DNA from: Acaryochloris marina S15
Lineage (GTDB): Bacteria > Cyanobacteriota > Cyanobacteriia > Thermosynechococcales > Thermosynechococcaceae
Length of the DNA: 32,000 nt
Reading direction: 5' to 3'
NCBI RefSeq assembly: GCF_018336915.1
Contig: NZ_CP064923.1
Coordinates: forward strand, 1,590,001-1,622,000
Under the pieces are notes generated by a model that was not told the DNA's origin, ran no database searches, and was given only the letters and a program-made list of their open reading frames with translations. Position 1 is the stretch's first letter; every line of letters begins with the position of its first letter. Positions 17,327 through 26,008 of the stretch are shown here, in pieces. The position numbers and the translations under genes were made by a program.

Positions 17327-19018
17327 ATGACTGTTGAAGTTTGGACAACTATTTTTGTCATCATTACCTTTATGGTGTACCTCTACATTGGTTGGCGATC
17401 TCGGGTGAAAGATAGCAAGGGCTTTTTCATCGCCGACCAGGGCGTTCCAGCCATTGCGAATGGTGCAGCGACGGCAGCGGATTGGATGTCAGCGGCCTCC
17501 TTTATGGGGATGGCGGGACTGATTTCATCTTTGGGCTATGATGGTTCGATTTATTTGATGGGATGGACTGGGGGCTATGTGTTGCTGGCCCTGCTGTTAG
17601 CGCCCTATTTGCGCAAATTCGGCAAGTACACGGTTCCTGATTTTGTGGGTGATCGCTACTATTCCAATGTGGCTCGATTGGTGGCTGTTGTGGCTGCTAT
17701 TTTTGTCTCTCTGACCTATGTGGCGGGACAGATGCGGGGAGTTGGCATTGTCTTTAGCCGATTTTTGCAGGTGGATGTCAATATTGGCGTGATGATTGGC
17801 ATGGTGATCGTCGGTTTTTTTGCCATTTTGGGGGGTATGAAGGGGATTACCTGGACTCAAGTGGCTCAATATTCTGTATTGATTGTGGCCTATCTGATAC
17901 CGGCCATTGCGATTGCCTGGCAACTGACAGGAAATCCTATTCCCCAACTGGCTTTCACCTTTGGGGATGTGGTGGATAAGCTCAACCAAGTGCAGTTGGA
18001 TTTGGGGTTTGATGCTTATACCCAACCTTTTGCCTCAAAATCCATGCTGGATATCTTGTTTATCACCATTGCCTTGATGGTGGGGACGGCGGGGCTTCCC
18101 CATGTGATTGTTCGGTTTTATACGGTTCCCAATGTGCGGGCGGCTCGTTACTCTGCGGGTTGGGCCTTGTTGTTTATTGCGTTGCTGTATACGTCTGCCC
18201 CTGCGATCGCATCTTTTGCTCGCTATAACTTGATTAACACTTTGCATGACCAGCCTATTGCCGAAGTCCAGCAGCTGGACTGGGTACAAAAATGGCAAAC
18301 CACCAAGCTGCTGACCCTAGACGACAAGAATGGTAACGGCATCATTGAATGGACGCCGACGGAAGAGACGAGCGATGTCAAAATTAGCCCCGATATTATT
18401 GTCTTGTCTACACCAGAGGTGGCTAAGCTTGCGCCTTGGGTCGTGGCATTGGTTGCTGCGGGTGGCTTAGCTGCAGCCCTATCGACGGCATCTGGCTTAC
18501 TCCTCGTTATTTCTAGCTCCATTGCCCATGATGTTTATTACAAACTCCTGAAACCGGATGCGTCTGAAGGAGAGCGGGTGCTGGTGGGCCGCATTATGGT
18601 TGGGTTTGCTATTTTGATTGCAGGATATTTTGGCATCAATCCGCCGGGGTTTGTGGCCCAGGTGGTGGCCTTTGCTTTTGGTTTGGCGGCGGCGAGTTTT
18701 TTCCCGGTGATTTTGCTGGGGATTTTTGATAAACGGACGAATCGGGAAGGTGCGATCGCAGGCATGGTATCAGGTCTGCTATTTACCACCGTTTATATTT
18801 TAGGTGTGAAATTCTACGGCATGTCTCCCTGGTTCTTTGGGGTTTCAGCAGAAGGGATTGGCACCTTGGGAATGCTCATCAACCTAGTGGTGACCCTGGT
18901 GGTGTCTCGGTTGACGCCACCTCCACCCCCTGAAATTCAAGCTTTAGTGGAAAATCTACGAACCCCTGGAGATGCACCTTTGGCGTTGGCAGATATTGGG
19001 GAAGAACAATTGGATTAA
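17327..19018 (+). CDS. Sodium:solute symporter family transporter (ActP/VC_2705-like, large subunit)
   Basis: About 13 TM helices with SSF signature regions (GFFIADQGVPAIANGAATAADWMSAASFMG..., GGYVLLALLLAPYLRKFGKYTVPDF). ATG 17327 lies 4 nt after the DUF4212 stop. The track start 17264 would overlap the upstream gene and adds a non-hydrophobic, unconserved-looking leader. Confidence 0.9.
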   Translation: MTVEVWTTIFVIITFMVYLYIGWRSRVKDSKGFFIADQGVPAIANGAATAADWMSAASFMGMAGLISSLGYDGSIYLMGWTGGYVLLALLLAPYLRKFGKYTVPDFVGDRYYSNVARLVAVVAAIFVSLTYVAGQMRGVGIVFSRFLQVDVNIGVMIGMVIVGFFAILGGMKGITWTQVAQYSVLIVAYLIPAIAIAWQLTGNPIPQLAFTFGDVVDKLNQVQLDLGFDAYTQPFASKSMLDILFITIALMVGTAGLPHVIVRFYTVPNVRAARYSAGWALLFIALLYTSAPAIASFARYNLINTLHDQPIAEVQQLDWVQKWQTTKLLTLDDKNGNGIIEWTPTEETSDVKISPDIIVLSTPEVAKLAPWVVALVAAGGLAAALSTASGLLLVISSSIAHDVYYKLLKPDASEGERVLVGRIMVGFAILIAGYFGINPPGFVAQVVAFAFGLAAASFFPVILLGIFDKRTNREGAIAGMVSGLLFTTVYILGVKFYGMSPWFFGVSAEGIGTLGMLINLVVTLVVSRLTPPPPPEIQALVENLRTPGDAPLALADIGEEQLD

Positions 19019-19045
19019 AAAGCAGATTGAGAGCTTAGCTTGCAG

Positions 19046-19984
19046 CTATCCGTCTTGGCTACTAGGCGTGCCAACGGTCTGACTCTCCTTGCGCTCAGAG
19101 GCGGATAGAAATTCCAAAATATAGTCAGCAGTGAGTTGAGACTGCTCTAAATGGGGGACATGACCACAGTTGGGAATCCAAGTTAGCTGGCTATGGGCAA
19201 TGGTTTGATCAAAGGTGTCGGCATCCTTCACTCCCATAATTTTGTCCTCTTCTCCCCAGAGGATCAGAGTGGGGTGTGGGATGTCTTTGATGGTGTCGTA
19301 GAGGAAGTTGTAGCCGCCACTTTTGGTAAAGCCGACTAAGGCCCGGTGCCAATTGGGATCCTCTAGGTGCAGAGACGCACAGCATTCGGCATCGGGAGTA
19401 ACGAAGCTGCGATCGCAATAGGCCTGCACACTCACCCACCGTCGGACCCGAGGACTGCGTAGAAAGTTGGTCAGCCAGCGATCAAACGGCGGCATGATGA
19501 ACTTGGTTGCCTTAGGAGAGGGAGCATAGCCGGAACTATCCAACAGCACTAACTTCTCGACAGCCTCAGGATAGGTGAGGGCAAAATCTAGGGCCGTCGC
19601 CCCACCCATCGATGCCCCGGCGATGATCATGGGCCGTTGAATCATCTGTTGCCAAAAGCTATGGAGGTGAGTTTTGAGATCCGTGGGACTGAAGGCAACC
19701 CCCTCGGGCCGCTCCGTAAAGCCAAATCCCAGCAAGTCCAATGCCCATATTTCAGTGTGTGGGGCCAGCTTGGGGATAAGGCGCCGAAATTCTAAGAGGG
19801 AGCTATCGAAGCCATTCAGCAACAGGATGGGGATATCTCCTTCTCCTTGCTGCACATAGGTTGTCAGGATCGGGTCGGGAAGAAGAGGGGTCGTAATAGC
19901 TTCTTGCTGGATCTGTTGCGCTAGGGCAATGGAAGTGTCTTCAGTGAGTTGAGCAACTCCGGGGGGTAAAAAAGATGGAAACAT
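19046..19984 (-). CDS. Alpha/beta-fold hydrolase
   Basis: ILLLNGFDSS (oxyanion region), nucleophile elbow GASMGG, C-terminal CGHVPHLE histidine motif. Confidence 0.85.
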   Translation of the reverse strand: MFPSFLPPGVAQLTEDTSIALAQQIQQEAITTPLLPDPILTTYVQQGEGDIPILLLNGFDSSLLEFRRLIPKLAPHTEIWALDLLGFGFTERPEGVAFSPTDLKTHLHSFWQQMIQRPMIIAGASMGGATALDFALTYPEAVEKLVLLDSSGYAPSPKATKFIMPPFDRWLTNFLRSPRVRRWVSVQAYCDRSFVTPDAECCASLHLEDPNWHRALVGFTKSGGYNFLYDTIKDIPHPTLILWGEEDKIMGVKDADTFDQTIAHSQLTWIPNCGHVPHLEQSQLTADYILEFLSASERKESQTVGTPSSQDG

Positions 19985-20299
19985 GCAGAACGAGAGTCAG
20001 GACAATGGTTTTCCCCGCTGCCGGAATAGGTAAAAAGAGCACCATTTTTGACGACATTATTTGGGGTTGCATTCTAGAAGTATAAAGAATTCATGCCATC
20101 CTGCGAGTGAAGAGACCGAAGCTAGGCGGGGTGAAGCACTTTACTGCCTCATGCATTGAACGTGCTTATTTCCATTAGATTGCTAAATGTCTAGAGATCT
20201 AATCTGATTACAAAATTCTTTTAAGTCAACTATGGCTAAATAACAAAATCGACAAGATGGCGGTTCATTATATGATTTGCCAGAGATTTTTTTGTGTCC

Positions 20300-20734
20300 C
20301 TAAGTAGCAGAATTACGGTAAAGATCATCACAGTAGAATGCCCATATCAGCCCCAATATAGCTGTGACAATGCCTGCGACAGCTCCTCCTAATATCCACC
20401 CTAGGCTTCCCCAGTTAGTGATCAACAGAGTAATTTTCTTGATCAGGATTTGATAGGTGATAAAAGTTGTGATTGTGCTGACAGCCGTAACGGTCAGTAG
20501 ATCTTTAATAATGCCCCAGGGGCTTTTTTGAGATAGATTATCGTCAAAATAAGCATCCCAAATCAGGATGAACATAACGATATTAGCAAAGGTTAGGATG
20601 ATATTTTTGGTGAATTCTATATTGAGGGAAGGTGCTGCCATCACAATGGCATTACTAATCACGACACCTAAAATATCAACACGAACTCTTTTTCTTATTC
20701 TTCTTAATTGATGTGCCAATAGATACCTATCCAA
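20300..20734 (-). CDS. Hypothetical integral membrane protein (144 aa, 4 predicted TM helices)
   Basis: Hydrophobic segments with a basic N-terminus (RRIRKRVR). TTG start. It lies 29 nt downstream of the HPP gene on the same strand. Noticeably AT-rich. Confidence 0.45.
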   Translation of the reverse strand: MDRYLLAHQLRRIRKRVRVDILGVVISNAIVMAAPSLNIEFTKNIILTFANIVMFILIWDAYFDDNLSQKSPWGIIKDLLTVTAVSTITTFITYQILIKKITLLITNWGSLGWILGGAVAGIVTAILGLIWAFYCDDLYRNSAT

Positions 20735-20763
20735 GATCTAAATACTTTTCAACATAAAAGAAC

Positions 20764-21498
20764 TTATAACCAGTGACGAGGATAAGAACGTTCTGGTATT
20801 AAATTATTAAAAACAAAGGTACAAAACAGGAGGATGACTGATCCTGCGACGACAGGTGTGAGTACAAAATTCCAGCTGGCTTGACTCATAACTCCTACCA
20901 AAGCCACAGCTCCTCCCGGTGGGTGGAGGGTTTTGGTTAACTGCATCACTTTAATGGCGGTCGCGACAGATAAAGCCATGACCCACGGTTCAGAACCAAA
21001 TAGATAAACCATCACGACACTCACAACTCCCCCCAATAAGTTGCCAAAAATTAAATTTCGGGGTTGGGCAAGGGGACTATTCGGCACAGCAAATACGAGT
21101 ACTACAGCAGCACCAAAGGGCGCAGCAATTAGCGGATAATCTGAGACCATACTCAGATAGGCTAAGGCTGCAATTCCTAGAAAACTACCGATGTAAGTAA
21201 ACAGGATTTGACTCAGGGAAAAACGAGGTTGAACGCTTGAACTTCCGTGGATGCCAGACAGATATTGTCTCAATTTGAACCAAATCTTATTCCCTTTGAA
21301 GTTTAAAGATTTTGTAGAATGCAATTGTTGCAATTCCAGATTCAAATATTCGATTTGATTTTGTTGCTGCTCCAGCATTCTTTCATATTGCTGGAGGATC
21401 TCTTGCATCTGCTTCGATGGAGAGAATTCGAGGAAAGACTGTTGTGGTGAAATTAATAAGTTGTTCGAGGCAGCACTTTCGCTCGAATGATGATCCAT
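20764..21498 (-). CDS. HPP-family membrane protein (family includes cyanobacterial/plastid nitrite transporters) with ~95-aa Q-rich coiled-coil N-terminal extension
   Basis: Eponymous motif TLHPPGGAVALV plus 4-5 TM helices in aa ~100-244. The N-terminus contains MQEILQQYERMLEQQQNQIEYLNLELQQLHS. Confidence 0.8.
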   Translation of the reverse strand: MDHHSSESAASNNLLISPQQSFLEFSPSKQMQEILQQYERMLEQQQNQIEYLNLELQQLHSTKSLNFKGNKIWFKLRQYLSGIHGSSSVQPRFSLSQILFTYIGSFLGIAALAYLSMVSDYPLIAAPFGAAVVLVFAVPNSPLAQPRNLIFGNLLGGVVSVVMVYLFGSEPWVMALSVATAIKVMQLTKTLHPPGGAVALVGVMSQASWNFVLTPVVAGSVILLFCTFVFNNLIPERSYPRHWL

Positions 21499-21705
21499 AT
21501 GTTTTCCCCCTACCGCTAACGATATTCTTGACCTTACCTAAGCCTTTGATTGATTAGGAAATAAAAGATGGTCAAAAGAAATTGGCTATCAGTTCCTGAA
21601 CTTGAGAACAAATCAATACAGATCACGAAAGATAGGTTGCGATCTGAATCTTATTTCATAACTTTGGACGAGCTAAGTAATGGGAACGTACCCTTTGGAT
21701 CATAG

Positions 21706-21746
21706 TATTTACGCTAGACGGCATTGCTTACAGTAACGATTGATAC
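21706..21746 (-). promoter_or_regulatory. Candidate NtcA-activated promoter (GTAN8TAC + TAN3T)
   Basis: GTAacgattgaTAC at 21733-21746 (palindromic consensus). On the minus strand a 21-nt spacer separates it from TAAATA (plus-strand 21706-21711). This is about 200 nt upstream of the HPP gene start. About 8 GTAN8TAC matches are expected by chance in 32 kb, so the evidence is moderate only. Confidence 0.3.
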
Positions 21747-21810
21747 AGAAGCGAATAATCCAGGTGTAATGGAGGTTTTATCTCGCATCTTTTAAGGTTT
21801 GACCGTGAGG

Positions 21811-22266
21811 CTAGAGCTCCGTCAATGACTTTTCTATAAACGCACTATAGGGCTTTGCCTGATACTGGCCGAAGGGTCCCCGCTGTTGATAGCCTAATTG
21901 GGTAAATAACCCCAATACTTCAGGTTGGGACACTCCACTTTCTAAGCGGAGGTAGGGTAAATGCAGCGCTACAGCCCTTGTCTCCAGGTCCTGGGGCAGT
22001 CGGTGGCCGAGCTGCATCCCTCGAAATTTCGGTTGGATAAAAAATCGTTTGATTTCCCCATAGTCTGTCGTGATTCACCAAGGCTCTACAATCAGCGATG
22101 CTTCTTCCCCACGGTTAGAAACTGGATATGGGTTTGCATGAGGGCTGCCTTGGATGTCAGGTGATGACCGTCCGGTGGATAAATACTGTTCAGGGTCCCG
22201 TTGCTGAATGAGGCTGAGGGCTTCTGGGAGAGCTGGATCACGCGGCTGAATAGAGGCAGGGGACAC
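21811..22266 (-). pseudogene. GNAT-family N-acetyltransferase, disrupted (in-frame TGA at 22075-22077, probably additional frameshifts)
   Basis: ORFs 22075-22266 and 21811-22017 are in the same frame (22266-22017=249) and are separated only by one TGA. Read-through gives ...LIVEPW*ITTDYGEIKRFFIQPKFRGMQLGHRL...LRLESGVSQPEVLGLFTQLGYQQRGPFGQYQAKPYSAFIEKSL (GNAT motif A and C-terminus). The family-like N-terminal segments IYPPDGHHL..AL...IQFLTV and GRSIADCRAL appear in the +1 and +2 frames. Confidence 0.7.
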
Positions 22267-22268
22267 CG

Positions 22269-22868
22269 CTATGCTTTGGGCAGACCAATCACGCCTTGGG
22301 CAATCCGACTTCCAGCATTACCAGTGGGTTGTCCGCCATCATCGGTTTCGGCATGAATAATCAGGCCACGTCCCAGAATGGGGTTTTGGGGGCCGTTAAT
22401 GGAGATGTTATTGACGGTAATTTCCTTAGCGACTTCTCCCTGGCTATCGGCTTTGAGGTTGCCCAAATCTCCGGCATGACGTTCAGGATTGTTGGGGAGT
22501 CCGTGGGGCATTTCTTCTGGATTGTAGTGGCCGCCCATAGCTTTCCCATCTGGACTGGAGGCATCACCAAATTCATGGATATGCCAAGCATGGACGGAAT
22601 TGGGCTGTAAGCCTTGGAGATTGGCGAGAATAGTGATTTTATCCTCTGCTTGCTTGAATTTGATTGATCCGGTTACCTGATTTCCCTCTGTTGGGGAGAG
22701 GATGGCCAGTGCTACGTTCAAGGGCTCAGTTGCGGTGAGGGACTCAGCTTCCGGCGAGGGACTAGGGGCTGTACTAGTTGGGTTGGGGGTGGAGCAACTG
22801 GCAAAAAACACGAGTGCGATCGCAGCACAAAACAGGGGGATAAATTTCTTAGGTAACATAGCGAACAT
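22269..22868 (-). CDS. sodC: Cu/Zn superoxide dismutase, lipoprotein-type signal
   Basis: HAWHIHEFGD...GGHYNP...HAGDLGN...GRGLIIHAETDD...GNAGSRIAQGVIG metal-ligand motifs. The signal peptide ends in the lipobox-like FFAS-C. Confidence 0.92.
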   Translation of the reverse strand: MFAMLPKKFIPLFCAAIALVFFASCSTPNPTSTAPSPSPEAESLTATEPLNVALAILSPTEGNQVTGSIKFKQAEDKITILANLQGLQPNSVHAWHIHEFGDASSPDGKAMGGHYNPEEMPHGLPNNPERHAGDLGNLKADSQGEVAKEITVNNISINGPQNPILGRGLIIHAETDDGGQPTGNAGSRIAQGVIGLPKA

Positions 22869-22976
22869 TGAGCGGACTTTTTTACAATCTCACTCCCGCT
22901 GAAAAATCACAACCTTTCTGATCACAAGCTCAACCCTATGCATACTTGTGCTTTTGGGGATTCTCTATAATTCTCT

Positions 22977-23912
22977 TTATTGCTGGGAATTTTGAGGGCG
23001 AGCCACAATAATGCCGATGGATTGATCGACATTGGCAACATAGGTGGCTAAATCCGGGGCAATACGCACGCTACCGCCGGGAGAGGCATGGATGAGTCCC
23101 TTGGTCTGATCAGACATTTGGTAAACCAGTCCCGTATGGGTGACATCTAACCCTGGAACTGCTGTAGCCACGGCAATAATATCTCCTGGCTGTAGAGACG
23201 CTTCAATCCCTCGGATTTGGGCTTGGGGAATATAGTGCAAGGGTAGTGACTGCAACCGAGTCTCTACGACCTGGATGCATTGCCAGTTAGCTGTGCTCTT
23301 TAGCTGTGGGTAGCTCTGGCGATGCTGGCTCATAAAGTTGAGCGGTTTGTTGAGAAGAATGCCTCCCAAGGCTGGGGTAATATTCTCGACTAAGCCACGA
23401 CGCTGGTTATCGGCAATCCAATCGGAAAAATAATGGAGACGACTGCAATAGCCTTGCATGTGTCCTTGGCGATAGCGTTGGGTTTGGACTGCATTGCTAA
23501 ATACTTGGGGGGAAGGCTCCTCGACGGTGAGGGTACGGGCGATGGCGAGGACGGTTTCTACAAAAAGGACGCAGTCGAACTGGCTGAGAGAAAGGACTAA
23601 TTCTTCTTGGGGACTTTGATCCAGGAGTCCCCCTGTGTAGGCTGCCCCTTCGAATTTGGCGGCCAGGGTTTGCAGGAGTTGCGGCCAAGCCTGCTGCTGG
23701 AGCTGGGGAGCTTGCTGTAGAAGCTGGGTTAGCTGGTTTTGGTCGGCTGAGGGGAATTGGACGGTTGTGGTTTGGGTTGGGAATTCGGATAGTTGGAGGG
23801 CGGATTGCGATCTTGTGGGTTGCGATCGCACCGAAGAAACCGGCAGATCAAAGCTAAGGGTGCCCAGCCCGATCAGTAGAAGTTGCCCAAGTTTAGAGGT
23901 TGTCCGCTTCAT
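22977..23912 (-). CDS. Secreted DUF1460 (NlpC/P60-like, AmiA-like amidase fold) domain protein
   Basis: Signal peptide and a Q-rich linker, then AAYTGGLLDQSPQEELVLSLSQFDCVLFVETVLAIAR and LQPGDIIAVATAVPGLDVTHTGLVY...GLIHAS, as I recall for DUF1460. Motif-level call. Confidence 0.55.
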   Translation of the reverse strand: MKRTTSKLGQLLLIGLGTLSFDLPVSSVRSQPTRSQSALQLSEFPTQTTTVQFPSADQNQLTQLLQQAPQLQQQAWPQLLQTLAAKFEGAAYTGGLLDQSPQEELVLSLSQFDCVLFVETVLAIARTLTVEEPSPQVFSNAVQTQRYRQGHMQGYCSRLHYFSDWIADNQRRGLVENITPALGGILLNKPLNFMSQHRQSYPQLKSTANWQCIQVVETRLQSLPLHYIPQAQIRGIEASLQPGDIIAVATAVPGLDVTHTGLVYQMSDQTKGLIHASPGGSVRIAPDLATYVANVDQSIGIIVARPQNSQQ

Positions 23913-23981
23913 TGATGTAAGGGTAACGAATAATGCCTATGTCTAAGGACAGGATTTATGCCCAAAGGGTGCCCGTCTATT

Positions 23982-24860
23982 TTAAGGGGATTGCATCCAG
24001 GCCCGAGTGCCAAAGGATTGGCAGGCGGTTGCTGCGACTTGGGCGGCCTGGGCTAGGGCCTGGGGGAAATCGCTATGCAAAATAAAGTGGCAAAAGGCTC
24101 CATGAAAGATATCTCCTGCACCCAAGGTATCAGCGGGGGTAATCTTTGGGACGGGCACAGTACCTGCGGTGCCCTGCCAATAGAGAATAGGCTGATTGCC
24201 TTGGGTGATGGCAATATGACTGGATTTGGGCAGAGTTTGTTTTAAGTAGTCCAGCGTGGCTTGGGTGTTGTGGCAGCCAGGGGGATGGAAATCGGCGGAG
24301 CAAATGGCGTAGTTGATGTAGGGCAGAAGGGTCTCTAGACCAGGTTTCCAGCTGCCACCATCTAAGACGATGGGAATGTTAGTGGCTTGTTGGGCGATGG
24401 CGAGGCTAACGGGGATTTGATGGCCGTCTATCAGAATAATGTCGGTGGTGGTGATTTTTTCCCATAAATCTTGGGGGATTTGGTGGGGCTGGGCGATTTG
24501 GCGCTGGGCATTGAGGGAGATAAGGGCACGTTCTCCTGTGGTTTGGGTGACCACGATGGAAGAGACCGGGGGGGATTGAGTTTGGTCGGGGGTGAGGTCG
24601 GTGAGGATGACGGGTTGCCTGAGACTTTCTAGGTCGGCTCGCATCAGTTGGGTAATGGGATGTTGGCCCAGGGCGGTGAGGAGATGGGCGGTATTGTTGA
24701 GGTGGGCGAAGGCGGCGGCGGCGTTGGTGGCGGGTCCGCCTGCTGAAATTAAGCTGTCTTGGGCGACTAGTTTTTGGTTGGCTTGGGGTGGACCAGAGGC
24801 GAGATAAATCATATCCAGCGTGGATAGTCCGATGAACAATCCTGATTTCTGGCTATCCAT
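23982..24860 (-). CDS. PfkB-family carbohydrate/nucleoside kinase
   Basis: Ribokinase-fold pattern: N-terminal GLSTLDMIY, GGPATNAAAA, and C-terminal ATP/anion-hole motif DTLGAGDIFHGAF. Confidence 0.8.
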   Translation of the reverse strand: MDSQKSGLFIGLSTLDMIYLASGPPQANQKLVAQDSLISAGGPATNAAAAFAHLNNTAHLLTALGQHPITQLMRADLESLRQPVILTDLTPDQTQSPPVSSIVVTQTTGERALISLNAQRQIAQPHQIPQDLWEKITTTDIILIDGHQIPVSLAIAQQATNIPIVLDGGSWKPGLETLLPYINYAICSADFHPPGCHNTQATLDYLKQTLPKSSHIAITQGNQPILYWQGTAGTVPVPKITPADTLGAGDIFHGAFCHFILHSDFPQALAQAAQVAATACQSFGTRAWMQSP

Positions 24861-25072
24861 AACTTGTATAGGCGATAGGCTTTGCTTAAATACGAGGTAA
24901 TTGAGATATCTATCTTCTTTGATTTTATTAGGTTCATTGTGGATTCAGATTTTGGATATCAGCGTTGAAAATTTGAGCATGAAGTAATGAGTGTAAAGGT
25001 TTAAGATTCTGGAGAAATTCATTCCCAACGGCTTCTGTCCTGTTGAAATCAGTAATCAGCTATGATTTGGGC

Positions 25073-25351
25073 ATGGAGTTTGAGTGGAATGATTCCAAAG
25101 CAACGGCCAATCTGAAGAAGCATGGCGTCAGTTTCGAAGAGGCAAAGTCTGTTTTTTACAATGCGCTAGCAATTATTTTTGATGATGAAGCCCACTCAGT
25201 GAGCGAAAAACGAGAGATTCTTGTTGGACATTCTAAAAATAACCGATTACTTTTGGTTTTTTTCACTGAACGCCCCCATGCGATTCGCATTATTAGCGCC
25301 CGTTTAGCTACCCGGAGGGAGCTTGAAGATTATGAAAGACAAAGCTTTTGA
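25073..25351 (+). CDS. brnT: BrnT-family toxin (DUF497 ribonuclease toxin)
   Basis: MEFEWNDSKATANLKKHGVSFEEAKSVFYN...EKREILVGHSKNNRLLLVFFTERPHAIRIISARLATRRE is the canonical BrnT pattern. ATG 25073 is preferred over the track TTG 25043. Confidence 0.85.
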   Translation: MEFEWNDSKATANLKKHGVSFEEAKSVFYNALAIIFDDEAHSVSEKREILVGHSKNNRLLLVFFTERPHAIRIISARLATRRELEDYERQSF

Positions 25352-25565
25352 AGAGTCTAATGACATAAATGATGAACTTCAAGCTGAGTATCAATTAGAT
25401 TATAGAAAGGCTAAACCTAATCGATTTGTAGCCCGTAATGTAGAGCAGCAGCTGAAGGTCGTTGTTTTAGATGATGACGTTGCTCAGGTGTTTAGAACAC
25501 CCGAGTCGGTTAATAATGTGCTGAGAGCATTAATTGATACGATGCCTCAATCAGTAGAGAACTAA
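25332..25565 (+). CDS. brnA: BrnA-type antitoxin (CopG/RHH-like C-terminus)
   Basis: Overlaps the brnT 3' end by 20 nt (ATG 25332; track TTG 25323). Motifs: LDYRKAKPNRF and VVVLDDDVAQVFRTPESVNNVLRALI, typical of BrnA partners. Confidence 0.75.
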   Translation: MKDKAFEESNDINDELQAEYQLDYRKAKPNRFVARNVEQQLKVVVLDDDVAQVFRTPESVNNVLRALIDTMPQSVEN

Positions 25566-25961
25566 ATAACTGGGTTGAGTTATGGGTCTGAATCAATAGG
25601 TTTTTGAAATTGGTTCTCGGGCCTATCGTCGTTTTTGCCAGGGGTATAAACCGAAGCCCAAGCCACCTCAGAAAAGTCATTGGGGAACGAAGTTATTGGC
25701 AAAACTGAAGCTAAAACGGAAACCCCGTAAGCCATCACCGGGACAAACTCGTTTGCCTTGGGATGATTGGGATGGTGTTGATCCAGAGATTCAAGCGGTG
25801 GCAATGAAGTTTGTACTTGCGAATTGCTGGAACCCGGAGGTGGTGAGAACTCGGTATGAACCGAATTTTATCCCGCCATAAGTAAAACAATGGGAGTTGC
25901 GAGGTGCCAGGTAAGGAATCGTTGAAAAGGTGGGTTTTATGTTGATCTGAACGTGGAAATG

Positions 25962-26008
25962 AAATTTAAAAAATGCTTGTAGACTGTCTCGTGCTACAGT
26001 CTACAAGC
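25962..26008 (-). terminator. Rho-independent terminator of the TIR-GUN4 gene
   Basis: Minus strand reads GCTTGTAGACTGT-AGCACGAG-ACAGTCTACAAGC followed by ATTTTTTAAATTT (13-bp perfect stem, 8-nt loop, U-tract). The stop codon TAG (26001-26003) lies inside the stem. Confidence 0.85.

Noticed and set aside
22075-22077. In-frame TGA in the GNAT gene as selenocysteine or programmed read-through
   Set aside because: No SECIS-like hairpin is evident just downstream, and the position aligns with an ordinary non-catalytic residue. The surrounding N-terminal half appears to be frame-scrambled as well. A pseudogene or sequencing error is more parsimonious.
25580-25881. Overlapping ORFs 25580-25804 (-) and 25696-25881 (+) as genes
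   Set aside because: Neither shows a recognisable domain, RBS or typical composition. They are reported as a finding to check, not as features.
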